DNA of 44,335 nt from a virus. Taxonomy: Duplodnaviria > Caudoviricetes. The position numbers and the translations under genes were made by a program. Below the pieces are notes generated by a model. The model saw only the letters and a list, made by a program, of their open reading frames with translations, made no database searches and was not told the DNA's origin. Positions 1 to 8,916 of the stretch are shown one piece after another. Each line of letters opens with the position of its first letter. Position 1 is the stretch's first letter. Location of the stretch: IMG/VR virus record IMGVR_UViG_3300032103_000228, positions 1 to 44,335 of that record, one strand, 5' to 3'.

Positions 1-323
1 GGCCGGTGGGTCCGTTGGACTTCTACTTGGTCCTCGCGCTTCAGGAACGCCAACACGCGCTCTAGGTTTGGCCGTAGGACACTCCAAAGCATAGGCTCTT
101 CAGACACTAGCTCGAAGTCGCTGTAGTACACCTCGAGGCTTTTAGGGCGCATCTCGACTGACGCGTCTTTGGTCCACTTGAACCCGAACTTGGCCAGGTA
201 GTCTTCAAGCTGTGGGGAGATGAGTCCGATGCGCAGTCCGAGCTCGATTTCAATACCGACAGGGGCTTTGTCCAGGTTGGCGGCCTCGACAAGCCAGCAG
301 ACCAGCTCATGCGCGTTAATCAC
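1..323 (-). CDS. Putative amidoligase-family protein, N-terminal part (runs off window edge)
   Basis: Not in the ORF track. GTG at 323 opens a stop-free frame to position 1: VINAHELV...APVGIEIELG...FKWTKDASV...DFELVSEEP, matching the GxExE / DxS / ExVS pattern of the other amidoligases here. TAGTTA motif 4 nt upstream. Confidence 0.55.
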   Translation of the reverse strand, partial: MINAHELVCWLVEAANLDKAPVGIEIELGLRIGLISPQLEDYLAKFGFKWTKDASVEMRPKSLEVYYSDFELVSEEPMLWSVLRPNLERVLAFLKREDQVEVQRTHR

Positions 324-781
324 GCCCTAACTAACGCAGCAAGTGCCATGGAAAAGTCAACCCAGACACGGTAGTCGTCGTGGCGCAGGGCTTTACGGGC
401 GTGCTGAAGCGAGGTCTTGCACGACCGGTGCACGACAAGGGCCTTGGCAGTGTATTCGGTGAAGCGGGCCAAAGCCGCGTCGTCAGTGCTGAGGGCGGCC
501 CTGGCAGCATGGTAAGGCAAGATGCGCCAGCTCAACCGGCTAAGCTTTCCTTTGTACTTTAGCCGCCAGCGGCGCCGTTGGTTGGATGAGCCATTTTCAA
601 ACAGTCGCTGGGCGTACTGAATGTGCGGGAGCACCAGTGGGTCGGTCGCGGGCAAGAGGACTGAAAACAGGTAGAGCCCAAACTGCTTTTCAAGTGATTC
701 TTTCTGCTCAGGCGTCAGGTCTACCTGAACCATTTGAATGTCCGTGGCGCCACTGAGTAGCTTGACAACTTGTCGAATCAT
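320..781 (-). CDS. Hypothetical protein
   Basis: ORF; ATG at 781 overlaps the upstream stop (ATGA coupling). Confidence 0.6.
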   Translation of the reverse strand: MIRQVVKLLSGATDIQMVQVDLTPEQKESLEKQFGLYLFSVLLPATDPLVLPHIQYAQRLFENGSSNQRRRWRLKYKGKLSRLSWRILPYHAARAALSTDDAALARFTEYTAKALVVHRSCKTSLQHARKALRHDDYRVWVDFSMALAALVRA

Positions 782-1362
782 ACTTCTTCCCAGGGTAGTA
801 CTGTCTCGCATTTTGGAGGAGCTGGGGTTTGGGCTACAACTCTTCCATTGGCCGGAGAAAATGAGAAGTCGCGTGCCCTAACGGCTCGGTCAGACAGCAA
901 GTGGTACGTGGTCCTCACCACGGCCATGACCGGCCCAGACACCCAAGCCGGCCGGTAGTTGAACTTAAAGTCGACCGCGTTCATCTCGGGAAGGTTGGCG
1001 ACTTCGCAGTCAATCCACTGGATGAACGGGACTTGTTGGATGGCGCGATCTTGGACAAATCTTCGGAGGGCGTTAGCGCAGTGCGTGAACCCAGCGTTTG
1101 GGCGGTAGTAGCGATGAAATACTGCGCCGAGTTCACCTGAGGCTGCTGAGTTGGTAACCACATTTTCTAGCTTGCGCAGAATGAAGCTCTGGATTTGTGG
1201 CGGCATGGCGTTGACCAGCACGCCACTCAGGACGAAGGCCTCGTCAAATGACGAAAACGTGCGAGGAGTCCAGTCACGCCGAAACAGGTAAAGCGAGCCG
1301 TTGTGCTCCACAATTTCGCCGGCCTTGTACTCCTTGACGTAGTCGAGTTGGGCGTTAGGCAT
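778..1362 (-). CDS. Hypothetical protein
   Basis: 194-aa ORF coupled to both neighbours. Confidence 0.7.
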   Translation of the reverse strand: MPNAQLDYVKEYKAGEIVEHNGSLYLFRRDWTPRTFSSFDEAFVLSGVLVNAMPPQIQSFILRKLENVVTNSAASGELGAVFHRYYRPNAGFTHCANALRRFVQDRAIQQVPFIQWIDCEVANLPEMNAVDFKFNYRPAWVSGPVMAVVRTTYHLLSDRAVRARDFSFSPANGRVVAQTPAPPKCETVLPWEEV

Positions 1363-1646
1363 CAGACCTCTTCAAATGGGAAGACCTGCTCGGTGTGCGG
1401 GCGCTGGACCGCTTTGAGCTCGGGGGCGGGAACGCCTTCACCATGAGTGGCGTCAGTGGCGACATCTTGGCTTGTCCGAGTGATCTTGAACTTCTTGGCA
1501 ATTTCGGCGTCAGCACGTTCAGCGTCATCTAGAGTAACCCAAGTGGAGTTGTCATAGTTGACGACGTCCACTGCGACGTCCACTGTGTTGTAGGCAATGG
1601 AGTCGTTCCAGAGGGCTGCCATTGCACCAAGGCTATTTGGACTCAT
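1362..1646 (-). CDS. Hypothetical protein
   Basis: 94-aa ORF in an operon-like run. Confidence 0.65.
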   Translation of the reverse strand: MSPNSLGAMAALWNDSIAYNTVDVAVDVVNYDNSTWVTLDDAERADAEIAKKFKITRTSQDVATDATHGEGVPAPELKAVQRPHTEQVFPFEEV

Positions 1647-2115
1647 GAATCCTCTTGATCAGGGCAGAGGTTGACCGTCCCTCAATCATGGGGACGAATT
1701 TGATGGAGACGCCTGCAAGTTGGAGCACACGCCGTTCTCCAGAGTCGAGGTTGTCAAGCGTGTAGTCGCCACCTTTGACGTAGACCGTGGGGGCGGCGCG
1801 ACGCAGAAATTCGGTGGCTCGCTCGCCGTCGAAGATGACGACGTGGTCGACAAAGCCGAACGCGGCCAAGACGAGTGCACGTTCATCTTGCGGTTGAATG
1901 GGCCGTCCTGGACCTTTAAGCGCCCGCACCGAGGCGTCACTGTTGAGTCCGATGACGAACAGCGGGGCCAGCTTTGAGGCTTCGTACAGGTACCGGACAT
2001 GTCCGGCGTGGATGATGTCAAAGCACCCGTTGGTGACCACGATGTCGTTGTGCGGGCGGTCCCAGTTTTCGAGCGCGTGAATTTTAGACTCAGGACTGTT
2101 TACGCTGTTGCACAT
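1633..2115 (-). CDS. rfaE2: RfaE/HldE domain II-like sugar-phosphate nucleotidyltransferase (cytidylyltransferase family)
   Basis: TNGCFDIIHAGH (HxGH), GLNSDASVRALKG, YVKGGDY, GRSTS motifs. Confidence 0.9.
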   Translation of the reverse strand: MCNSVNSPESKIHALENWDRPHNDIVVTNGCFDIIHAGHVRYLYEASKLAPLFVIGLNSDASVRALKGPGRPIQPQDERALVLAAFGFVDHVVIFDGERATEFLRRAAPTVYVKGGDYTLDNLDSGERRVLQLAGVSIKFVPMIEGRSTSALIKRIHESK

Positions 2116-2489
2116 AATTTAACTAGAGAACGTTCTAATCGAGCAGCCCACCAGTTTGACCCGTGGTAAAATCGCTTTCTGAGCATGCTCGTGCTGCTCG
2201 CGTTTCAACTGCTCAATTTTGCGCAATTGGTCTGACCTCATCTAGCTGATGGTGACGAATCAAAGTGAACCAACCTAACCACCGGCCTCGCCGACAAACC
2301 CGTATCCCGTCTCGGAGCATGGGAGGAACAATGAATTGGCAATAAGAAGTGTTGGACCATGTCAACCGCCTCCTTGAAAGCCGAAACCTGAAATTTGACA
2401 GCCTGGACAGCTTTGTCGTTTTTGCTAGCGTAACCTTGGGTCCCGGGACCAAGATGTCTTGAACTTGAAGATTGCGCTGAAAGACGCCG

Positions 2490-3377
2490 CTAAACTTCCA
2501 CCAGAGTCTCATTAGGATCGCCAGCCAGCATGGCTGCCACTTGCGAAAAGGTGCTGTGGGCTGTGCCTACGACGTACTTGCACTGGGCCAGCGCATAGAG
2601 GTCAACCATTGCCTCGATCATTCCCTCGCGTGTGCACCGGGCGGTCGACGGGTGGTTCTGGTTGCGCTCAATCCACACTCTTTTTGGTTGGGTGATGACC
2701 AGATTTCCGTATCGGCGTTTGAACTCGTTCTCGACTGGTTGGTAGTCAGTGGCCAGGTAAAATGGGCGGCGGATGTTTTCAAATCGATGGTCAAGCGAGG
2801 CGAAGAACTTCTGGTTGGTTGAGGAGATGAACGGGGCTTGGCGCCGCACGTGCACGCCGAAAATTCCAGATGGTAGCTTCAGTTTTTTGACACGTTCCAC
2901 AACTTCGTCGACGGGCCTAAACCCGGCCAAGATGGCGCGTGCTTCAACAGCGGCGTCGCAGTGCGCCTGGGAAGTTGGGATGGCCTCGTTGTAGAAGCAC
3001 GGACAGTAATGCACCCGCATGAGCAGGATTTGCTCTTGGTCGCTCAGCTGAACCTTGTTGAAGTCCGTGTTGTTGTAGACTTTGAGCGTGTGCCAGCAAT
3101 CGAGCAGCCAGTGGAGGTCGGTCTCGTTGAAAATGTGAAGTTCGTCGTTGTGGAAAAGCTCGCTGAAGTTGCAGCCAACGCCATCTTCGCCGTTGATGGG
3201 CCACCAAAGGACGAACTTTCGGTTGAGCTTCTTAGCCAGGCGCAAGTTTCCAGCGGCCGCGAGCAACCGGTTGCAAAGCCCGGAATTGCAGGCCGAAATC
3301 AAGTGGCGGTGTGGCACGCCCTGTTTGTCCGCGTAGAACGGCCAGTCAACCGTTTTCTTGTCAAATATGAACGCCAT
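2490..3377 (-). CDS. O-fucosyltransferase-like glycosyltransferase (NodZ/GT11/GT23-type, GT-B)
   Basis: SGLCNRL, GVHVRR, FYLATD, DLYALAQC..VVGT..STFS motifs; start placed at ATG 3377. Confidence 0.75.
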   Translation of the reverse strand: MAFIFDKKTVDWPFYADKQGVPHRHLISACNSGLCNRLLAAAGNLRLAKKLNRKFVLWWPINGEDGVGCNFSELFHNDELHIFNETDLHWLLDCWHTLKVYNNTDFNKVQLSDQEQILLMRVHYCPCFYNEAIPTSQAHCDAAVEARAILAGFRPVDEVVERVKKLKLPSGIFGVHVRRQAPFISSTNQKFFASLDHRFENIRRPFYLATDYQPVENEFKRRYGNLVITQPKRVWIERNQNHPSTARCTREGMIEAMVDLYALAQCKYVVGTAHSTFSQVAAMLAGDPNETLVEV

Positions 3378-3553
3378 GGTAATTAGAACGTGAACTACAT
3401 GTTCGTACATACGATGTTTAATTTTGAGCAACTTTCTGCTTTCGTGGTGTTTGTTTTGAGCGCCGCCATGACCGTGTTAATTTTGAGTTAAGTCAAAAGC
3501 CGGAGCGGCGAAAAAGATTGTCCAGTGGTTGGGTCAGGCGACGTAAAAACTCC

Positions 3554-3967
3554 ATGAGTGGCGATCCAAAACAAATCGAGGCACGGCTTAAGAAGCTTGA
3601 GACTGATTATGACCGTGAAGTCAACAAGATGCTTCAGATCCTGGAGAAGATCCAGCAGCGCCTTATTGGAAGCCTTGACGACCGGTCAGCCCCTGGCTTA
3701 ATTGGTGAGGTGCGCGATCTTCAAAACGAACTTGAACAGGCCAAACTCAAGATTGGAGAGCTCCGAACTGAATTTGAGCAATTGAAGATGAGCCGTTCGG
3801 CTGACGCTGCTGCGATGCGCGAACTGTCCGAGATGAAACAGCAACTTCCGGCGCTGTGGAAGAAGGTGCGGATGTACGACCGGTATCGCTGGATCATTAT
3901 TGGCGGTGTCCTGGTGATTGGATACTTGGTCAGCGAGGTTTGGGAATACTTCATGACGAAGGGCTAA
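3554..3967 (+). CDS. Coiled-coil protein with C-terminal transmembrane helix
   Basis: Heptad-rich helical region followed by hydrophobic WIIIGGVLVIGYLV. Confidence 0.75.
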   Translation: MSGDPKQIEARLKKLETDYDREVNKMLQILEKIQQRLIGSLDDRSAPGLIGEVRDLQNELEQAKLKIGELRTEFEQLKMSRSADAAAMRELSEMKQQLPALWKKVRMYDRYRWIIIGGVLVIGYLVSEVWEYFMTKG

Positions 3968-3972
3968 CCAAC

Positions 3973-4443
3973 ATGAACATGCACGCTGCCTTTTTGCGCG
4001 TGTTAGGCCAACTCGCGCGGGACCTTGGAGTAGAAGTTCCAATTAAGGTCTTGGTAGTTGAACGGGATGACAACTGCTTTTGGATCGTTCGCGATTTGTT
4101 TTCGGTTTGTCCGAAGCTTGAGATCAAGCGGGCTCGGACAGTAGACTCTGCCCGCAATTTCCTACGTCGCGAGTACGTGGACGCTGTGGTGGTTTTCTCA
4201 AAGTACTCAAAAGCGTGTTCCCAGCTGGGTGTGCCGGTAATTGTTATCACAACTCAGCAAGACGCTCCTCCAGTCCCGTTGACTTGCCAATTCTTTCTTC
4301 CGTCTGTAAAACCGCAATATGTAGAGTCGACGGTTAGACGCGCACTAACACAAACCTGTTCTTGTATGCGGTATGAAAAAGATCCTAGTCGCTTCGCTCA
4401 TCGCAATCATCGCAATCACGGCACTTACGGCGTCGCTCATTAA
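3973..4443 (+). CDS. Degenerate response-regulator receiver (CheY-like) protein
   Basis: IKVLVVERDD...ARTVDSARNFLRREYVDAVVV...VPVIVIT resembles the receiver fold; the phosphoacceptor Asp after the third strand is absent. Confidence 0.5.
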   Translation: MNMHAAFLRVLGQLARDLGVEVPIKVLVVERDDNCFWIVRDLFSVCPKLEIKRARTVDSARNFLRREYVDAVVVFSKYSKACSQLGVPVIVITTQQDAPPVPLTCQFFLPSVKPQYVESTVRRALTQTCSCMRYEKDPSRFAHRNHRNHGTYGVAH

Positions 4444-5071
4444 CACCGGTTGCAAGACCACTCCTGAGGGAGTGACTGCGGTCGACACCAACGTCATCCA
4501 GCAAGTGGCGGTGGTTTTCCGTAATGCTGCACGGACGTCTGCCATCATGGTGATTGCTGACGACCCGACGACCAAACAGTGGTTTGAGCTGGCTCAGGCA
4601 TCCATCGGTCAATTCGTGGTCGGTACGGTGCACGACCCGCAAGCCTTTAAGGACGCCATCAACAAGTTGCCAAAGTTGAGCAACAAGTGGGCAACGTTCA
4701 TCGTGGGTAACGTGGTTGACGCGTACGAAATCTACTACATCAACTATTCGGCGCCGGTCACTGACAAGACAGCCGCTGGCTGGGTGGCCGTGACGTTCTT
4801 GAAAGCAATCCAAGAAGGATTCATTGACACGACTGCAAGTCGTACAGGCGCTTCTGGCCAGGTGCAAACCCTGGAGCAGGCCAAGGCGTGGCTGAAAGCC
4901 AAGGTGGCCGCCAAGACGCCAAGACCGTCAAGAAGTGATTTCGGGCGGTCAAAGTTATGGGCCCGCAGGAAACTGCGGGCCTTTTTATTTAGGATATGCC
5001 TTTCATTGGGATCGTCTACGGGGCGCGCGGAGACAGCTGATCTACGCAACTCGGTCTGCGCTCTCGGCTAA
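4373..5071 (+). CDS. Lipoprotein-like membrane protein (native stop probably TGA 4936-4938)
   Basis: MKK + hydrophobic signal + TGC lipobox-like; the tail runs through a terminator because of an 8-bp duplication at 4910-4925. Confidence 0.7.
   Translation: MKKILVASLIAIIAITALTASLINTGCKTTPEGVTAVDTNVIQQVAVVFRNAARTSAIMVIADDPTTKQWFELAQASIGQFVVGTVHDPQAFKDAINKLPKLSNKWATFIVGNVVDAYEIYYINYSAPVTDKTAAGWVAVTFLKAIQEGFIDTTASRTGASGQVQTLEQAKAWLKAKVAAKTPRPSRSDFGRSKLWARRKLRAFLFRICLSLGSSTGRAETADLRNSVCALG
4960..4990 (+). terminator. Rho-independent terminator
   Basis: GGCCCGCAG-GAAA-CTGCGGGCC followed by TTTTTATTT. Confidence 0.8.
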
Positions 5072-5431
5072 GCAGGTCATGCCTGCCAAGACACCTTTGG
5101 ACGTCAATGCCCATCCGAGGAGAAATTCTGGCTGCACTAGTGTTTGACTTGCTGGATCAGTTTGACCTGCCGCAGCCCGCGCACCATTGCGACAGTTTGG
5201 AGTTCCAACGTACCTGGAGGGTTTTGGGCGTTCAACTGCGGCATGACCTTGTTCAAGCGTACCCCAGAAGTTTTTCAAAGACTGGATTGACCAGTACCAA
5301 CAACAGCGAATGTCCAGCAGTGTGGTGGCCGTCGCCGAAACATGAAGACGCTCACTACGACGCGTGGACCAATTGTCACGGGCAGCGTGTTCAGAGACAC
5401 CAGCTGGTTGATTCGTCTCGGATAGCACTTT

Positions 5432-5463
5432 TTTGTTTACAATTCCTCGTGGTGCGGTATAGT
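5432..5463 (+). promoter_or_regulatory. Sigma70-like phage promoter (class A)
   Basis: TTTGTTTACA-N13-CGG-TATAGT; ATG 7 nt downstream. Confidence 0.8.
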
Positions 5464-5470
5464 AGCCACT

Positions 5471-6655
5471 ATGAGCGAACTTGCACGACAAATAGTTGCG
5501 ATGACCGACGAACAGCTGACCAGCGAGTATTGGGTCAGCACGAAGTCTGGTCGCCTGTTCAAAATCTCGGCGGTCTCCGATGAGGACGAGACGCGTGAGG
5601 TCACCTACTATCGGGTCGGAGAAGCTGAGGGTTGGACGCGTCCGCTGGTCAAATTTGCTGGCCGTTTCCGCATTGCCAGCAAGCATGAGATTTTTCAAGC
5701 GCTGGTCAGCCAGATGCGCGAATGTCAGCTGGCTGACGGTGATCAGGAAGTTGGTTTCCTGATTGAGCCTGACCATCGCCACGAGCTGGAAAACATGGTG
5801 CTCTACCCTGAGACCCGCCAGACTCTCCAAATTGGGTTGAATCGCGTGCTCCGTCGGGCGGAGTTGGAAGAAGCGTGGCAGCTCAGCCGCATCGAGCCCC
5901 GCGCCAACCGCTGCGTGTTGAATCTGCACGGTCCTCCGGGAACGGGCAAGACGATGAGCGCCTACGCCGTGGCCAAGCGCTTCAACAAGAAGATTTATCA
6001 GGTTGACTACTCGCAGATCATCTCAAAGTGGGTCGGTGAGACCGCCAAGATGATTGCGGCGGCTTTCGAGTCTGCTCGCCGCCACGACGCCATCCTGTTT
6101 TTTGACGAGGCGGACAGCTTGATGAGCAAGCGCATTGACATGTCGGGTGAGGCTCAAAGCTGGGCGACCAGTATCAACCAAAACCGAAACGTGTTCATGC
6201 AGGAGCTCGACCGCCATGACGGCGTGGTGCTGATGAGCACCAACAAGTTCTGCAACTTTGACGAGGCGTTCCTGCGGCGTGTGGCTTGCCACATTCCCTA
6301 CCGCCTGCCGAACCGCATGATGCGCGTGAAGTTGTTCAAGCTCCACTTGCCTGAAAACAACCGGGTGCGCGTGGACAACTGGGAAGTCCTCGGTCGCGCG
6401 AGCAAGAATTTTTCGGGTGGCGACATCCTCAACGTGGTGGTGAACGCCATCAACCGTGCAAGTCTGGCGGATGACCCAGCGGCATGGTTTTTGACAACGG
6501 ACGACTTGACGGCTGAGGTTACGCGAGTTGCGGAGGCCAAGAAGCAGCATGGCTCTCGGGTGGATGAGAATTACGTCCCGCTTGCTGATTCGACGGCGGC
6601 CTCAACCTTGGTGCGCCCTCCGATTGCGTCTGACGCGTCTGACGGCGCGGAATAA
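5471..6655 (+). CDS. AAA+ ATPase with N-terminal DUF1653-like domain
   Basis: Walker A GPPGTGKT, Walker B FFDEAD, SKWVGETAK, STN...DEAFLRR; N-terminal WTRPLVKF..RF resembles DUF1653. Confidence 0.9.
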   Translation: MSELARQIVAMTDEQLTSEYWVSTKSGRLFKISAVSDEDETREVTYYRVGEAEGWTRPLVKFAGRFRIASKHEIFQALVSQMRECQLADGDQEVGFLIEPDHRHELENMVLYPETRQTLQIGLNRVLRRAELEEAWQLSRIEPRANRCVLNLHGPPGTGKTMSAYAVAKRFNKKIYQVDYSQIISKWVGETAKMIAAAFESARRHDAILFFDEADSLMSKRIDMSGEAQSWATSINQNRNVFMQELDRHDGVVLMSTNKFCNFDEAFLRRVACHIPYRLPNRMMRVKLFKLHLPENNRVRVDNWEVLGRASKNFSGGDILNVVVNAINRASLADDPAAWFLTTDDLTAEVTRVAEAKKQHGSRVDENYVPLADSTAASTLVRPPIASDASDGAE

Positions 6656-6657
6656 CC

Positions 6658-7011
6658 ATGATTCGTTTTGTTCAATCTTATGGCCGGTATCTCGGCCGCT
6701 GGAGCGGCCGAGACCGCTGGGACTGGGAAATCCGGTTGGTCAGCGACATCAATCCGCTTGAGCTTGAGCTTGTTGAGAAGGTGGTCTACACTCTCCACCC
6801 AAGTTACGAGCGCCCGACGCGGGTCAAGACCGACATTGAAAGTGGCTTTGCGCTTTGCGAGAAGTCCACCGGCGTTTTTGAGATCAAGGCAACGGCCATT
6901 ATGCGGGCGGGGGCGCCAATTCGCTTTACCCACCGACTAGAGCTTTTCTTTCCAGCGCACCTTGAAACTGTAGTTTATGACGATGAGCACGACCTATTGC
7001 CAGTCAGTTAG
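6658..7011 (+). CDS. Prokaryotic YEATS (pYEATS) domain protein
   Basis: WDWEI...VEKVVYTLHPSY..P...GF.L.E...G.FEI...H.L is the YEATS signature. Confidence 0.8.
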   Translation: MIRFVQSYGRYLGRWSGRDRWDWEIRLVSDINPLELELVEKVVYTLHPSYERPTRVKTDIESGFALCEKSTGVFEIKATAIMRAGAPIRFTHRLELFFPAHLETVVYDDEHDLLPVS

Positions 7012-7465
7012 CAAAATCATCTCGGGTGGCCAGACCGGCGCTGACCGTGGCGGTCTTGACTTTGCCCGTGAGGTTGGAATTACCATGGGCGGTTGGTGCC
7101 CGAAGGGCCGTAAGGCCGAAGACGGCAAGGTGCCGGACGTCTACCCGCTGATTGAGACGGCGTCGGCGGACTACCTTGAGCGGACGAAGCTCAATGCTGA
7201 AAACAGCGACGGCACCTTGGTGGTGTTCATTCCGCCGTTGAAGGGCGGGTCGGCGAAGACAGTCCAATATGCTCAAGATGCCCGCCGCTACGTGCTGTCC
7301 ATCCAGTGCACGCGAGACCCCCAACAGGCTGGGTTGGACGTGCGGCGGTGGATTGAGTCCAACCAGATTCGCGTCTTGAACGTGGCGGGTTCGCGGGGTT
7401 CGCGGGCGCCGGCCGTCCACGACTACGTGATCATGCTGCTGCGGGCGGCGTTCAATCCGGCATGA
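6977..7465 (+). CDS. SLOG-family 'putative molybdenum carrier' protein
   Basis: KIISGGQTGADRGGLD, GGWCPKGR.AEDG, RT..N...SDGTL, LNVAG.R. Confidence 0.88.
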   Translation: MTMSTTYCQSVSKIISGGQTGADRGGLDFAREVGITMGGWCPKGRKAEDGKVPDVYPLIETASADYLERTKLNAENSDGTLVVFIPPLKGGSAKTVQYAQDARRYVLSIQCTRDPQQAGLDVRRWIESNQIRVLNVAGSRGSRAPAVHDYVIMLLRAAFNPA

Positions 7466-7707
7466 GGCTGGTTTTGGCTATCTTGGGTGTTGCGCTGACT
7501 GGCTGCGTGCCGGTGGGCCGCAACACCCATTTGGTGCTGGGCGTGGGCGTGTTTAGGACATCCCAGACGAATCAGGTCAAGATAGTCAAGGCAAGTACTC
7601 TCGGGGTGCATTTGGGTGACCGCAGGGTTAACCTGGGAGCTTCTACGGTCATTCTGGCGGACATTCCCACCAACAGCAATACCATTCTGGAGCTGAAAGG
7701 TAGGTAG
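7462..7707 (+). CDS. Small lipoprotein
   Basis: Signal peptide with LTGC lipobox. Confidence 0.65.
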   Translation: MRLVLAILGVALTGCVPVGRNTHLVLGVGVFRTSQTNQVKIVKASTLGVHLGDRRVNLGASTVILADIPTNSNTILELKGR

Positions 7708-7710
7708 TCT

Positions 7711-8100
7711 ATGAACAGATTCATCGTGGTAGCAGTTCTGGCGCTCGTAGCCGCGGGTTGTAAAACCAACTCGGTGATTACGACCACCCAGACCGGGCTC
7801 GGGGTTAGCATTTCTGAAAACCCGTCGACCCAACTTTACGAGGCGCGCCTGGGTTACTTTCGAAACGAGTTTGCATACGTGCCTGGAAACACAACGTCAG
7901 TGCCGGACGTGATGCTGGAAATTCGCATGGAAAATCTGTTCCGGGGCGGGTTGGTTTACCAGCGCTTGGCCGTGGGCAAAAACGCAGTCTCGCAACCTGG
8001 CGCATCGCTGATGTTTGCCAGGGACGCGGACGGAAACTTGAACAGCAACGTGGTTGACGCGGTGACCCGCAAAATTCAATCTATCCCTGAGCTGAAATGA
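7711..8100 (+). CDS. Lipoprotein
   Basis: Signal peptide with AAGC lipobox. Confidence 0.7.
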   Translation: MNRFIVVAVLALVAAGCKTNSVITTTQTGLGVSISENPSTQLYEARLGYFRNEFAYVPGNTTSVPDVMLEIRMENLFRGGLVYQRLAVGKNAVSQPGASLMFARDADGNLNSNVVDAVTRKIQSIPELK

Positions 8101-8252
8101 ACACGCGAGTTTTCAGGATTGACTTGGTGGCCGCCACTGACGTGGACGCGCTGATTTCCACGAAATGCGACGAGCAACTGGCCGAGGGGTTTAAGCTGGC
8201 GTCGACGTTTATTTGGGGAACTCAGCTCGTGCTGATTTTCCAAAAAGTGTAG
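8097..8252 (+). CDS. Small hypothetical protein (51 aa, DUF4177-like)
   Basis: ATGA-coupled ORF MNTRVFRIDL...LAEGFKLAS...LIFQKV, below the ORF-track cutoff. Confidence 0.55.
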   Translation: MNTRVFRIDLVAATDVDALISTKCDEQLAEGFKLASTFIWGTQLVLIFQKV

Positions 8253-8276
8253 TTCTACTACGCGCGATCTTTGAAA

Positions 8277-8683
8277 GGGCCTGTACTGGTTTCGATTTGA
8301 CACGAGACCTTGTGACAGCATGCCGAGGATGACCGTTGGCCTCGTTAATCACGTCGGTCACAACAAAACGCTAACACTGTTAACGTTGACTTCGCGCCTT
8401 CTGTCGCCGAAGCTGACGCCGTTCTGGCTCGGTTCGGTTATGTGAATGCCGAAGCTGTCGCGGCCTGATTCAGGTCGCCCGTCTGCCGGTAGACTCCTGC
8501 TAAACCGGGTCAGGCGCTATCGCAGGGATAAGCGGCTCGCCAGACGCCGGTGATCGAGGCTGGCAACAACGAAGCGGCAGTAGTGGTTTGTCACTTCCAC
8601 GCCGTGGGTAAACTGTGACTAAGCATGTAGCGGTTCCAAGCAACGTGGCAAAGACGCGGGTTCAACTCCCGCCAGGTCCACCA
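8277..8683 (+). ncRNA. ssrA: tmRNA
   Basis: GGGCCTG/CAGGTCC-ACCA acceptor stem with G3-U; 5' TGGTTTCGA; T arm GCGGG-TTCAACT-CCCGC; tag ORF 8370-8468 (ANTVNVDFAPSVAEADAVLARFGYVNAEAVAA*). Confidence 0.93.
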
Positions 8684-8751
8684 ATTTCCCGGAGGGAGTC
8701 GGGCAGTGCGTGATGGCAGGCATAACACTGAAAGCTTGACATCTGGATTTC

Positions 8752-8827
8752 TGCGGGGTACATCAGTTGGTAGATGGCTTGGCTCATAACCAGGAGGTCG
8801 TCAGTTCGAGTCTGACCCTCGCTACCA
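8752..8827 (+). tRNA. tRNA-Met(CAT), initiator-like
   Basis: Cloverleaf with encoded CCA, anticodon loop CTCATAA, unpaired 1:72 (T/T), GCGGGG acceptor as in tRNA-fMet. Confidence 0.88.
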
Positions 8828-8916
8828 ATTTCCAGCAGCCGTGCTGGAAGAACAACCCATGTTTTATTGGCCGTTATGTCTGAACCGCCTTGTGCGCGCC
8901 CGGATTTGCTTTGGGA

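Noticed and set aside
5107-5583. 158-aa ORF as a real gene
   Set aside because: Runs through a class A promoter and into the AAA gene out of frame; at best a remnant
8828-8916. Additional tRNA or ncRNA between the tRNAs (hairpin TTCCAGCA-GCCG-TGCTGGAA)
   Set aside because: A single hairpin without cloverleaf or T-loop; likely spacer or processing structure
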